Below are positions 40,066 through 48,804 of a stretch of 64,000 nucleotides of DNA, piece after piece. Position numbers and translations under genes: made by a program. Below the pieces are notes generated by a model. That model made no database searches. It was not told where the DNA came from and saw only the letters and a program-made list of their open reading frames with translations. The stretch is from Bdellovibrio sp. (GTDB taxonomy: Bacteria > Bdellovibrionota > Bdellovibrionia > Bdellovibrionales > Bdellovibrionaceae), in NCBI GenBank assembly GCA_036676395.1, contig JAKFCY010000002.1, positions 640,001 to 704,000 on the forward strand, given 5' to 3'. Every line of letters begins with the position of its first letter. Positions within the stretch are counted from its first letter, which is position 1.

Positions 40066-40227
40066 AAATATCTTCTTTCGTTAAACACAAAAGTTTTTGC
40101 AAAACCAAGACCCGGTAAATAAGCGAGGCATTATAGTTCGATCCTGTAGCAGGGCAGTGTGGCAAAAAAGTTTGGAATAAAAGTTGAACTTAATTTCACA
40201 AACAGTTCTCAACAAAAAGGAGACGTT

Positions 40228-40419
40228 ATGAAAAATGTTAAAAATGAAGCTCCGCTTTCAAAAAAAGTTGGTGATAAACTAGAACGTGTAGGTCAAAAAA
40301 TTTCAAATTCTGGCGCCGAAAAAATCGGTTCTTTTGTCTCTAGAATGGGTGATAAGTTAGAACATTCTGGCGATGATAAACCAGATACTGAAGACACTTT
40401 TAGAAAAACAAATAAATAG
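40228..40419 (+). CDS. Small hydrophilic protein
   Basis: AAGGAG RBS; repeated GDKLE motif; terminator follows. Confidence 0.7.
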   Translation: MKNVKNEAPLSKKVGDKLERVGQKISNSGAEKIGSFVSRMGDKLEHSGDDKPDTEDTFRKTNK

Positions 40420-40442
40420 TTAATTAGAAAAAATTTGATTTT

Positions 40443-40481
40443 AAAAAAGGCCGGCGTTTCACGAAGACGTCGGCCTTTTTT
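40443..40481 (+). terminator. Intrinsic terminator
   Basis: AAAAAAGGCCGGCGT...ACGTCGGCCTTTTTT. Confidence 0.85.
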
Positions 40482-40632
40482 GTACCAAATTGTCTTATGC
40501 AGGGCAGATCGTTGAGGCATTTTTTTATATATACAAAAATTGGTCTTAGAGTTGCAACATTCGAAAAAAAAGATTTGATTCAGAAAAGTTTTTTGCGAAT
40601 TAAAGCTAATAAAATAAATATAAGGAGTAATC

Positions 40633-41394
40633 GTGCAACAAACAAAAAGTGCCTCATCAAAAAGAGGAACTCACCCTACAACTAAACGTGCAGCAGCAAA
40701 GCGCTCATCAACAGCTTCATCAGGAAGGTCACGTTCTAACTTAAGAGAAGAAGATCAATATGAAAGATCAATGGGTACACGTGGTGAACGTGAAGGCTAC
40801 GGACGCGACTCAGGCACCCGCGAATCAGGATTCGGTCGGGGCGACAGAACTGGTGACTATGGGCGCGAAGGCGTGCGCACAATCTCAGGCCGTTATTCTG
40901 ATTTCGAAGACTACGGTGGAAGTTCCCGCAGCTGGCAAGATCGCGATGAGAGTGACAGAGGATTTGCGCGCGGTGGTCGTCGTGGAGAGTACTCTTCATC
41001 TAATGACCAAGATTTTTACGAAGGAAGTTCAGGACGCAGTCCATGGTGCGGAACCTACGATACAGACAGAAATGATACTTATCGTGGTTCTTCGCGCAGT
41101 CAGAATTATGGCGGGCAAGGCCGAGAATATTCTGAACATGAGTCTGATGACGACAGCCGAATGAATCCACGAGGTGGCCGCTACGGCAGTTACCGTGGAT
41201 ACAATGAAGGATCAGATTATTCTGATCGCGACCGTAACAGTGAGCGTGAAAGTCTTTACGGCTCGAGTCGCGGCGATCAATTTGGATCGTACAGAGATCG
41301 TGATGAAAGATGGATGAATAATTATGATAACCAAGATGAATCTGTTGAAGATGAATACGGTTATCGTCAACGTTACAACGAAAACCGCTATTAA
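40633..41394 (+). CDS. Low-complexity R/G/S/D/E/Y-rich intrinsically disordered protein
   Basis: AAGGAG RBS, GTG start, 253 aa almost without aliphatic residues. Confidence 0.8.
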   Translation: MQQTKSASSKRGTHPTTKRAAAKRSSTASSGRSRSNLREEDQYERSMGTRGEREGYGRDSGTRESGFGRGDRTGDYGREGVRTISGRYSDFEDYGGSSRSWQDRDESDRGFARGGRRGEYSSSNDQDFYEGSSGRSPWCGTYDTDRNDTYRGSSRSQNYGGQGREYSEHESDDDSRMNPRGGRYGSYRGYNEGSDYSDRDRNSERESLYGSSRGDQFGSYRDRDERWMNNYDNQDESVEDEYGYRQRYNENRY

Positions 41395-41417
41395 ATAGCA
41401 CAACAAAGGAGAACACT

Positions 41418-41570
41418 ATGAAAAAATCAACAGCCTCAAATCGTACGAGCAGAACAGCATCGAACTCTAGCTCGGGTTCTAGTTCGCGCAGAACTGGCTC
41501 ACAATCCGGAAGTAATTCTGGAAGCAGTTCAGGCCGCGGCTCTGCAAACAGCTCACGTCAAGAACGCTAG
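41418..41570 (+). CDS. 50-aa Ser/Arg/Gly-rich microprotein (not in ORF track)
   Basis: AAGGAG RBS, ATG 41418 to TAG 41570: MKKSTASNRTSRTASNSSSGSSSRRTGSQSGSNSGSSSGRGSANSSRQER; terminator follows. Confidence 0.7.
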   Translation: MKKSTASNRTSRTASNSSSGSSSRRTGSQSGSNSGSSSGRGSANSSRQER

Positions 41571-41590
41571 TTTTTTTACTATCACAAATT

Positions 41591-41626
41591 TAAAGCCACT
41601 TGCCTTCGGGTAGGTGGCTTTTTTTA
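41591..41626 (+). terminator. Intrinsic terminator
   Basis: AAAGCCACTTGCC-TTCG-GGTAGGTGGCTTT plus T tract. Confidence 0.9.
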
Positions 41627-41738
41627 TTTCCTATGCTAAAGCCGCGTAATTGCAGATGTTAGTCTGTATTTGCGTCTCATGCTGTTAAGTACTTCATCTT
41701 ATTCAACGATAAAGTATTTACCAACATGTGAGGTCATT

Positions 41739-42584
41739 GTGAAAAAGCTAACCACTTTAATTCTGTTCTCGTTATTTACATTAAATGCTCAGGCAATTGA
41801 TATGACAAAAATTCAGGTTCAATTAGGACAAATGAATTTTCAAAATAACAAAGGCTCGGGCGTTTTAAATAATCTATTACTTGAAACTGACGGTGGTCTT
41901 TCACAAAGTGCAGACTCTTCAGCAGCTGCAGTGGCCACAAAAATAGAACTTTCACGCCAAGGAAAAACTGTAAAAGTAAATACCGGGGCCATGAATATCG
42001 TCGTGAAGAATGCTAACGACATGCTGACCAAGATTCAAGAAATGCAAATTTCTAAATTAAGTGTGTCGATGGGGTCAAGCCAGCATCAATTCAGCGTAGC
42101 CTCGGCGCACTTAAGTCATGAGTCGACAGGTGAAATTATGGCCGAAGATTTAAATGTAGTCTGTACGTACAAAAGCATAGGCGCCTTAGATTTTTCAAAA
42201 GTTGTCGATCAGTGTTTAGTAAAATCTTCAATGCGCGCAGAGCGTTTAGAAGTTCCTGATATGAACAGCTTTTTTGAAGAATCATTGTTAGGAGTGCCCC
42301 TACAACCTGAAAGTGATGTTTTACAAACTGTTAAAGATCTTGAAATGGAAATCACGAAAGGTGATTTTGAAATGAGTCTAAAAATCAAAGGTATTCCGTT
42401 AGTGCGTTTAAAATCACTCGGCAATATTAAAGCAGACATGGTAAAAAAGCGCGCAACAATTCGTGTAGATAAAGTAAAGCTGGGTTTTATTGGCGTGACT
42501 GATATCGTTATGAATCAGCTTAAGAAAAAACTGCCGCCAGAAAATTTTCGTGTAGAGTCTCCGTATATTTTTGTGACGTGGTAA
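41739..42584 (+). CDS. Secreted hypothetical protein
   Basis: GAGGT RBS, GTG start, signal KKLTTL...AQA. Confidence 0.7.
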   Translation: MKKLTTLILFSLFTLNAQAIDMTKIQVQLGQMNFQNNKGSGVLNNLLLETDGGLSQSADSSAAAVATKIELSRQGKTVKVNTGAMNIVVKNANDMLTKIQEMQISKLSVSMGSSQHQFSVASAHLSHESTGEIMAEDLNVVCTYKSIGALDFSKVVDQCLVKSSMRAERLEVPDMNSFFEESLLGVPLQPESDVLQTVKDLEMEITKGDFEMSLKIKGIPLVRLKSLGNIKADMVKKRATIRVDKVKLGFIGVTDIVMNQLKKKLPPENFRVESPYIFVTW

Positions 42585-42679
42585 TCGGATTATTATAAGC
42601 CCTTAGTCCAGATCTGCTGGACTAAGCTTAAGTCGTGATATTAGAGCTCCGATCCTAGACTTATCTAGGAGAACACCAT

Positions 42680-43219
42680 ATGACAAATCTTAATATCAAG
42701 CTCAACCTTACGACTTTCTTTTTCGCTTTAGCCTTAGCTCTGCAATTTTCAGCTGCGACGGCAGAAGCAAAAACAGTAGAAGATATTCCCAATTTATTTA
42801 AAATGAGCGACAACTTATACCGCGGTGGCCGCGTAACAGATGCGGGCATGAAGCAACTAAAAAAAATGGGCGTGACGACAATCCTTAATGTTGAAAACGA
42901 TGAAGAAGCCATAGCCATTGATAAAAAATTCGCAGCTAAATATGGCTTACGTTATATTTCAGTGCCTTTCGAGACTTTTAAAAAGCCAAGTGATGCTAAA
43001 GTTGATCACGTGTTAAAACTATTACAAGATCGCAGTCTTGGGCCAATCTACTTACATTGCAAACATGGTCGTGACCGCACTGGAATGCTTATGGGTTTAT
43101 ACCGTGTAGAAGCTGACGGCTGGCACCCAAAAGCGGCTTATAAAGAAATGAAAGACCGCGGTTTCAGAACTCTTATCTGGACATTAGATAACTACTATAA
43201 AAAAAGATCTGGCTACTAA
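42680..43219 (+). CDS. Secreted dual-specificity/tyrosine phosphatase family protein
   Basis: Signal peptide; LYRG; HCKHGRDRTG active-site loop. Confidence 0.9.
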   Translation: MTNLNIKLNLTTFFFALALALQFSAATAEAKTVEDIPNLFKMSDNLYRGGRVTDAGMKQLKKMGVTTILNVENDEEAIAIDKKFAAKYGLRYISVPFETFKKPSDAKVDHVLKLLQDRSLGPIYLHCKHGRDRTGMLMGLYRVEADGWHPKAAYKEMKDRGFRTLIWTLDNYYKKRSGY

Positions 43220-43224
43220 GATTT

Positions 43225-45189
43225 CTAGTGTAATGTTTTTGCGCTGTGCTGGTAGATATAATGAACGGTCGAAACAAGCTGACGAAAATTTAATGGTTTT
43301 GTGATATGTGCATCACAACCAGCGGCCTTAGTTTTTACCCGTTCCTCTAGCATGGCGTGCGCAGTCAGTGCGATAATTGGTTTACTAAAATTTTCAGAGC
43401 GTAACGTGCGCGTGACTTCATAGCCATCAAGTTCAGGCATTTGAATATCCATTAAGACAACATCAAATTCATTTTTGCGGGCTAATTCTAAAGCTTCAGC
43501 CCCATCACTGGCTACTGTAACCGAGGCGCCGTGATTTGCGAGCACATATTTAATCAGCTCTTGGCTATCTGGTGAATCTTCAGCCAATAAGATGCGCACA
43601 TGATTCAAATTAATCGTTACCGGAGGGTGAGTGTTTTCTGGAATCTGGCAGCGGTTTTCTTCAGTTGTAATAAGGGCTGTGAATTCAAATGAAAAAGTAG
43701 AGCCTTCGCCTAAGCTAGTTTTGACGATTTGAATATCACCGCCCAAAGCCTGAGCTAAGCGTTTTGATAATGTTAAGCCAAGGCCCGTACCGCCGTATTT
43801 TCGGGTGGTGCTATTATCTGCCTGAGTGAACGGGCGAAACAATCGTTCGGCCTGCTCAGATGTTAGCCCGATACCTGTATCGCAAATGTTAATTTTAAAT
43901 TTACACTGATCACCAGTTAACATTTCGCTGTGGATATCAATTGTTACGCCACCATCTTTTGTGAATTTAACGGCATTGCCGATCAAGTTAATTAAAATTT
44001 GGCGCACGCGGGTGGGATCAGATTTAATTCTGATCGGAACCTGACTGCCTAAGTTTAAATTCAGAAAAATATTTTTGTTTTTGGCTTTTTCGCGAAACAT
44101 AGCCAGAACTTCAAAAAGTAAATGATCAAAGGCTGTTTCTATATTTTCGACTTCTAAATGACCGGATTCAACTTTGGACAAATCTAAGATGTCATCGATG
44201 ATGCGCGAAAGACTACATCCATTTTTAATAATCATTTCTAAAAAACGGTCTTTATCTGTTTCAGTTAAAGTCTTTTCTTTTAGAACTTCGGCAAAACCCA
44301 TGATCGATGCCAATGGTGTGCGAATCTCGTGCGACATGTTCGCTAAAAACGTGGTTTTTAAGTTATTCGCGCGTTCAGATTCATCTTTTGCGCGGATTAA
44401 TTCTGATTGGGCTAATTTTTCAGTCGTGATATCACGGTAAAAAATAGCCAGGCCACCATCAGCTTTTGGGTAGACATTCATTGCGGCCCATAGTTGTAAT
44501 GGCGCATAGAATTCTTCAAACTTTACACTCACTCGTTCTTTCATTACGCGTAAATAAGTTTCTACAAAAAGCGAACTTTGAAAAATGGGTTCTGAAAAAA
44601 ATAAGTCTAAAAAATTCTGACCGATTTGTTTATGTCTTTTAATGCGGGCGATGCGCTCATGATAAGAATTTAATTGGGTGATTTTCCAGTCTTTATCGAT
44701 AGCGATAAAACCCTCTTCAACATTCTCAATAATATCCACGATTTCATGTTGCGTTTGTTTGGTGTCATCAATATCGGTGCAGGTGCCGATCCATGAAATG
44801 ATTTTACCTTCGTTATTAAAATTTGGAACTGCGCGTGTTAAAAACCAGCGGTAAACGCCATCAAAACGACGAAGCTGGTAGATGACTTCGTAGGTCTTTC
44901 CCGCAGCTATGGCGGCTTCCCAGATATCTAAGGTCATATTCAAATTATCAGGGTGGTGGGCTTGGCGCCAGCCATTCTGAAGCGATTGTTCTGCAGTTAA
45001 GCCTGTAAAGTCATACCACTGCTGGTTAAACCATAACAGATTACCTTGGGGGTCTGTAATCCATCCCAATTGCGGAGCCGTATTAGCAAGAGCTTTATAA
45101 TGCTCTTGCGTAGTCGTGGTGTTAACCATCTGTTTCACAAAACCTCGTTTAGTCTTCATGAGATACGCCTCTCCTGATTGATTGTCCAT
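43225..45189 (-). CDS. PAS-PAS hybrid sensor histidine kinase/receiver
   Basis: PAS domains, FLANMSHEIRTPL, NAVKFT, DTGIG, GGTGLGL, receiver LMDIQMP...KP. Confidence 0.95.
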   Translation of the reverse strand: MDNQSGEAYLMKTKRGFVKQMVNTTTTQEHYKALANTAPQLGWITDPQGNLLWFNQQWYDFTGLTAEQSLQNGWRQAHHPDNLNMTLDIWEAAIAAGKTYEVIYQLRRFDGVYRWFLTRAVPNFNNEGKIISWIGTCTDIDDTKQTQHEIVDIIENVEEGFIAIDKDWKITQLNSYHERIARIKRHKQIGQNFLDLFFSEPIFQSSLFVETYLRVMKERVSVKFEEFYAPLQLWAAMNVYPKADGGLAIFYRDITTEKLAQSELIRAKDESERANNLKTTFLANMSHEIRTPLASIMGFAEVLKEKTLTETDKDRFLEMIIKNGCSLSRIIDDILDLSKVESGHLEVENIETAFDHLLFEVLAMFREKAKNKNIFLNLNLGSQVPIRIKSDPTRVRQILINLIGNAVKFTKDGGVTIDIHSEMLTGDQCKFKINICDTGIGLTSEQAERLFRPFTQADNSTTRKYGGTGLGLTLSKRLAQALGGDIQIVKTSLGEGSTFSFEFTALITTEENRCQIPENTHPPVTINLNHVRILLAEDSPDSQELIKYVLANHGASVTVASDGAEALELARKNEFDVVLMDIQMPELDGYEVTRTLRSENFSKPIIALTAHAMLEERVKTKAAGCDAHITKPLNFRQLVSTVHYIYQHSAKTLH

Positions 45190-45301
45190 AGGTTGTGTAA
45201 ATATTTTTTTATCGAGTTAAAGAGCTGTCAAAGATTTGTAAAAAAATCCGGAATGGCCTTTGCAAAAAGCAGATTTAAAAACAATAATAGCGAAAGAATT
45301 T

Positions 45302-46807
45302 ATGTTAGAAAAACACCTTGCACAATATTTTAACCTGTTAAATTTCAGACGAGGACAGCTCGAGATTATCTCTGCTGTTTTGGCTAAAAAAGATGCCCTG
45401 GCGGTTTTACCCACAGGCGGTGGTAAATCTTTGTGCTATCAATTTCCTGCAACCTATCAGCAAAAGCTAGTTGTTGTGGTATCTCCCCTCATTGCCTTGA
45501 TGAAAGATCAGGTCATGTCGCTGCAAAACCGCGGTGTTAAAGCCGGATGTTTATATTCGGGACAGACGGAATCCGAAAAACGACTAATTTTTTCACAGAT
45601 CAACGAAGGCGGCTGTTACGTTCTGTATTTATCGCCGGAACGCGTGCAAAAACCAGGGTTTCAAGAATGGATTAAAAACCGCGACATCGCTTTGTTTGCT
45701 ATTGATGAGGCACACTGTGTGTCACAGTGGGGGCACGATTTTCGTGAAGAGTATGCTGAATTAAAAATCTTAAAAAAAATTCGTCCTGATGTTCCAGTGT
45801 TAGCTTTAACAGCGTCGGCAACACCTACAGTATTAGATGACATCGCCAAAAATTTAGAATTAAAAAATCCAGAACGTATGGTGCATGGGTTTTACCGGCC
45901 AAATCTTTATTATCAAGTGGCTGCGTGCACGGATGATAAAGAAAAATCACAAATGCTTTTACAAAGTATTAAACAACATCCAACAGGTCGTGTGATCGTT
46001 TATTGTGGTACCCGTAAGATCACCGAAGAGCTTGCTGCCTTTTTACAAGAACGCGTAGAAAAAGTTGGCTTTTATCACGCCGGTTTAAGCCAAAACGAAC
46101 GCACGCAAATGCAGACTAATTATGCCTCTGGAAAATTACGTATCCTTGTGGCCACGAATGCTTTTGGTATGGGGATCGATCAACCTGATGTAAGGCTTGT
46201 CGTGCATTTTCAAATGCCAGCTAACATTGATTCGCTTTATCAAGAGATGGGCAGAGCTGGGCGTGATGAGCAGCCATCAACGTGTTTGTTATTGTACGCC
46301 AAAAAAGACAAAGGTTTACAGTCATTTTTTATTACCAGTTCTCAGGCGACAAAACCGATTAAAGATTTACGTTGGCGAAATTTAAATGCATTAGTCAGTT
46401 ATTGTGAGGTCGCCGAATGTCGTCACGCTGAAATTTTAACGTATTATAAAGATTCAACGCGATTAAAATCCTGCGGTCACTGCGATGCCTGTGACCCAAA
46501 ATCTGCGCGGGCTATTGAAAAACTTGCGGTTGCGGTCATTGTAAAAAAATCTTCGGCTAAAAAAATTACTGAAAGCTCACTATCAGCGATCGAAGAGGCA
46601 CGTTTTCAAATTTTGCGAAAATGGAGAAAAGCTAAAGCCGAAGAATTAGATATTCCGGCCTTTGTGGTGTTCGGCGATAAAACTCTTATCGATATCGCAC
46701 AAAAAAATCCACAGAACTTAAATGAACTTAAAAACATTTACGGCATTGGCGAAGCCAAGTTAGAAAAATTTGGCTGGGATCTATTGGCACAATTAGGTGA
46801 CAGCTAA
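45302..46807 (+). CDS. recQ: RecQ family DNA helicase with HRDC
   Basis: PTGGGKSLCYQ, DEAHCVSQWGHDFR, QEMGRAGRD, Zn Cys cluster, HRDC PAFVVFGD.TL. Confidence 0.92.
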   Translation: MLEKHLAQYFNLLNFRRGQLEIISAVLAKKDALAVLPTGGGKSLCYQFPATYQQKLVVVVSPLIALMKDQVMSLQNRGVKAGCLYSGQTESEKRLIFSQINEGGCYVLYLSPERVQKPGFQEWIKNRDIALFAIDEAHCVSQWGHDFREEYAELKILKKIRPDVPVLALTASATPTVLDDIAKNLELKNPERMVHGFYRPNLYYQVAACTDDKEKSQMLLQSIKQHPTGRVIVYCGTRKITEELAAFLQERVEKVGFYHAGLSQNERTQMQTNYASGKLRILVATNAFGMGIDQPDVRLVVHFQMPANIDSLYQEMGRAGRDEQPSTCLLLYAKKDKGLQSFFITSSQATKPIKDLRWRNLNALVSYCEVAECRHAEILTYYKDSTRLKSCGHCDACDPKSARAIEKLAVAVIVKKSSAKKITESSLSAIEEARFQILRKWRKAKAEELDIPAFVVFGDKTLIDIAQKNPQNLNELKNIYGIGEAKLEKFGWDLLAQLGDS

Positions 46808-46917
46808 GCCAGAAGTAGTTTGAATTTCACCTACCTCGGGCCAGATTCTTTAGAACTTTGGTCCTAAATTCGCGTTCCAAATTATGCTTAATTTATAAAC
46901 ATACCGATAATAGAGGT

Positions 46918-47571
46918 ATGAAGACAAGATTACTACTATTAGCATCGTTTATCGTTTTATCTTTTAGTTCACATCAAGCCCTAGCGATGGGGCGTGGCAA
47001 GCCGGTCGAGCCGACACCAACGCCATCTTCTAAATATCAAGAAGGTGATATTATTTTTATTCAAAGCCAAACACAGCAAGCCGCCGCTCTTCGTGAATCG
47101 ACAGAGTCAGTTTGGACACATGTTGGTTTAATGATTAAGAAAAGCTCTAAATGGTATGTTGCTGAAGCGGTCGGGCCGTTAAAAGAAACTCCGTTAGCAG
47201 ATTTTATTGCGCGTTCAAAAAATAAATCATATCGCATCTATCGATATAAACATTTCGATGCAGCAACAATGACAAAAGCCTTAAAAGCCGCATTACCAAA
47301 ATATAACAAACCTTATGATATCTATTTTGAATGGTCACAAGAACGTATCTACTGTTCAGAGTTAACTTATCATGTGATGAAAGATGTCACTGGTTTTGAA
47401 TTAGGTCGTTTACAAAAAATGAAAGAGATGAGACTTGATGGTCCATACACACAAGCCTTAATCAAAAAACGTTATACAGATACGGGTAAAGAATTCGATC
47501 CCGAAGAGCTAATCATTACTCCAGTGAGTCAAGTCGAAGACGAAGACGTAACGCTGATCGAAGCAAAATAA
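46918..47571 (+). CDS. Secreted YiiX/YebB-like permuted papain-like (NlpC/P60) enzyme
   Basis: GDIIF, THVG, EAVGP, KPYD..F.W...IYCSEL; signal peptide from ATG 46918. Confidence 0.9.
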   Translation: MKTRLLLLASFIVLSFSSHQALAMGRGKPVEPTPTPSSKYQEGDIIFIQSQTQQAAALRESTESVWTHVGLMIKKSSKWYVAEAVGPLKETPLADFIARSKNKSYRIYRYKHFDAATMTKALKAALPKYNKPYDIYFEWSQERIYCSELTYHVMKDVTGFELGRLQKMKEMRLDGPYTQALIKKRYTDTGKEFDPEELIITPVSQVEDEDVTLIEAK

Positions 47572-47595
47572 TTTTTTACATTCTAAATCAAATAT

Positions 47596-47636
47596 AAAAC
47601 TCACTGATGGATAAGCCACAGTGAGTTTTGTTTTTT
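47596..47636 (+). terminator. Intrinsic terminator
   Basis: AAAACTCACTG...CAGTGAGTTTT plus T tract. Confidence 0.75.
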
Positions 47637-47732
47637 GAAAATGGTGACACACTATTAACGCAACTCAAGTTGTAAATACTTTTCATTCGCTTCGCCTATG
47701 CTACGGTACTCGTATAAACAAAGGGGAATGTT

Positions 47733-48275
47733 ATGAAACAGTTAATTATTCTTTCAATCATGGCTATGGCAGCGCTTCCTGTATTTTCTGCTGAACGTGC
47801 TTTAACTGGTTCTTGCACGGTAACAACAGCAACCACGCAAGAGACTTATAATTTTTCAGCGGCGCCCAATCAAAAATTTAGATTAGGAATCTCTGAAGAA
47901 GTAGCGCCACAAAGCTTTAAGCAATTTAAAGTTTCAGTGGTAAATAACATTGGTAATAAAGAAAGTGCACAGGCTTGGGGGCGCCGTGTATTGATCGCCG
48001 TATCTGTATTAGAGCGTGAATTCACAAACCCTCCAGTGCTTTGCCCAACTACTCCCTTAGACGCGCGCGAAGAGTGTTTGCGCCAGAATGAATTAAGTGG
48101 TTCAAACGGAACTCACTTCGATCGTTTTAGTGAACGTTATAATGATGGAATCAAAGATTGGGATGCTGATATCTTTGCTTTAAAAAGTTTAAAAAACGGC
48201 GCTAAGCTAAATACACCTACAATACGACTTACAGCAGCCACATCGGTACAGTGTAGCGCTACTTACGTGAAGTAA
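47733..48275 (+). CDS. Secreted hypothetical protein
   Basis: AGGGG RBS, signal peptide MKQLIIL...VFSA. Confidence 0.75.
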   Translation: MKQLIILSIMAMAALPVFSAERALTGSCTVTTATTQETYNFSAAPNQKFRLGISEEVAPQSFKQFKVSVVNNIGNKESAQAWGRRVLIAVSVLEREFTNPPVLCPTTPLDAREECLRQNELSGSNGTHFDRFSERYNDGIKDWDADIFALKSLKNGAKLNTPTIRLTAATSVQCSATYVK

Positions 48276-48427
48276 CTGTTTCGTCTGGGTAAAGAAATAG
48301 TTACTTCTGTTGTTCGCTGAGCCCGGTGTGACCACAACGGCAGGATTCATTTTCTGCCGCCTTAATGGCCAAAAGATTCGTTAAAAAGTTAAATGCTTAT
48401 TTGAAATAAAAATGTTAGTGTTTTTGT

Positions 48428-48778
48428 ATGCAAACAAGTTGTCCAAAATGCCAATCTGAAAATATTTATCAAGACGGTAACCTATGGGTTTGCCCTGAAT
48501 GTGCTAATGAATGGGTAGAAAAAGCTCAGGCCGCTACCGAAGAGGCTGCTGTTGATGATGGTCTTATTCGCGATGCGAATGGCAATGTCTTGGCTGACGG
48601 TGATTCGGTGATCGTTATGAAAGATTTAAAGATCAAAGGTTCATCAAGTGTGGTTAAAGGCGGAACAAAAGTCAGAAACATTCGTTTAACTGATATGGGT
48701 GATGGACATGATATCGCTTGTAAGATCGATGGCCTTGGGGCGATTAATTTAAAATCTTCTTTCGTTAAAAAAGCCTAG
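48428..48778 (+). CDS. YjdM/PhnA zinc-ribbon protein
   Basis: CPKC...CPEC..EW, DANGN.L.DGDSV...KDLK.KG, LKS.FVKK. Confidence 0.93.
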   Translation: MQTSCPKCQSENIYQDGNLWVCPECANEWVEKAQAATEEAAVDDGLIRDANGNVLADGDSVIVMKDLKIKGSSSVVKGGTKVRNIRLTDMGDGHDIACKIDGLGAINLKSSFVKKA

Positions 48779-48804
48779 GTTAGCTGCTACGCCTTCGGCG
48801 TAGG

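Noticed and set aside
40736..41416. Several long overlapping ORFs on other frames and strands
   Set aside because: Shadow ORFs of a low-complexity gene; only 40633-41394 has a strong RBS.
48269..48360. Hairpins downstream of the 47733 gene as a riboswitch
   Set aside because: Explained as terminator-type stems; no recognisable aptamer consensus.
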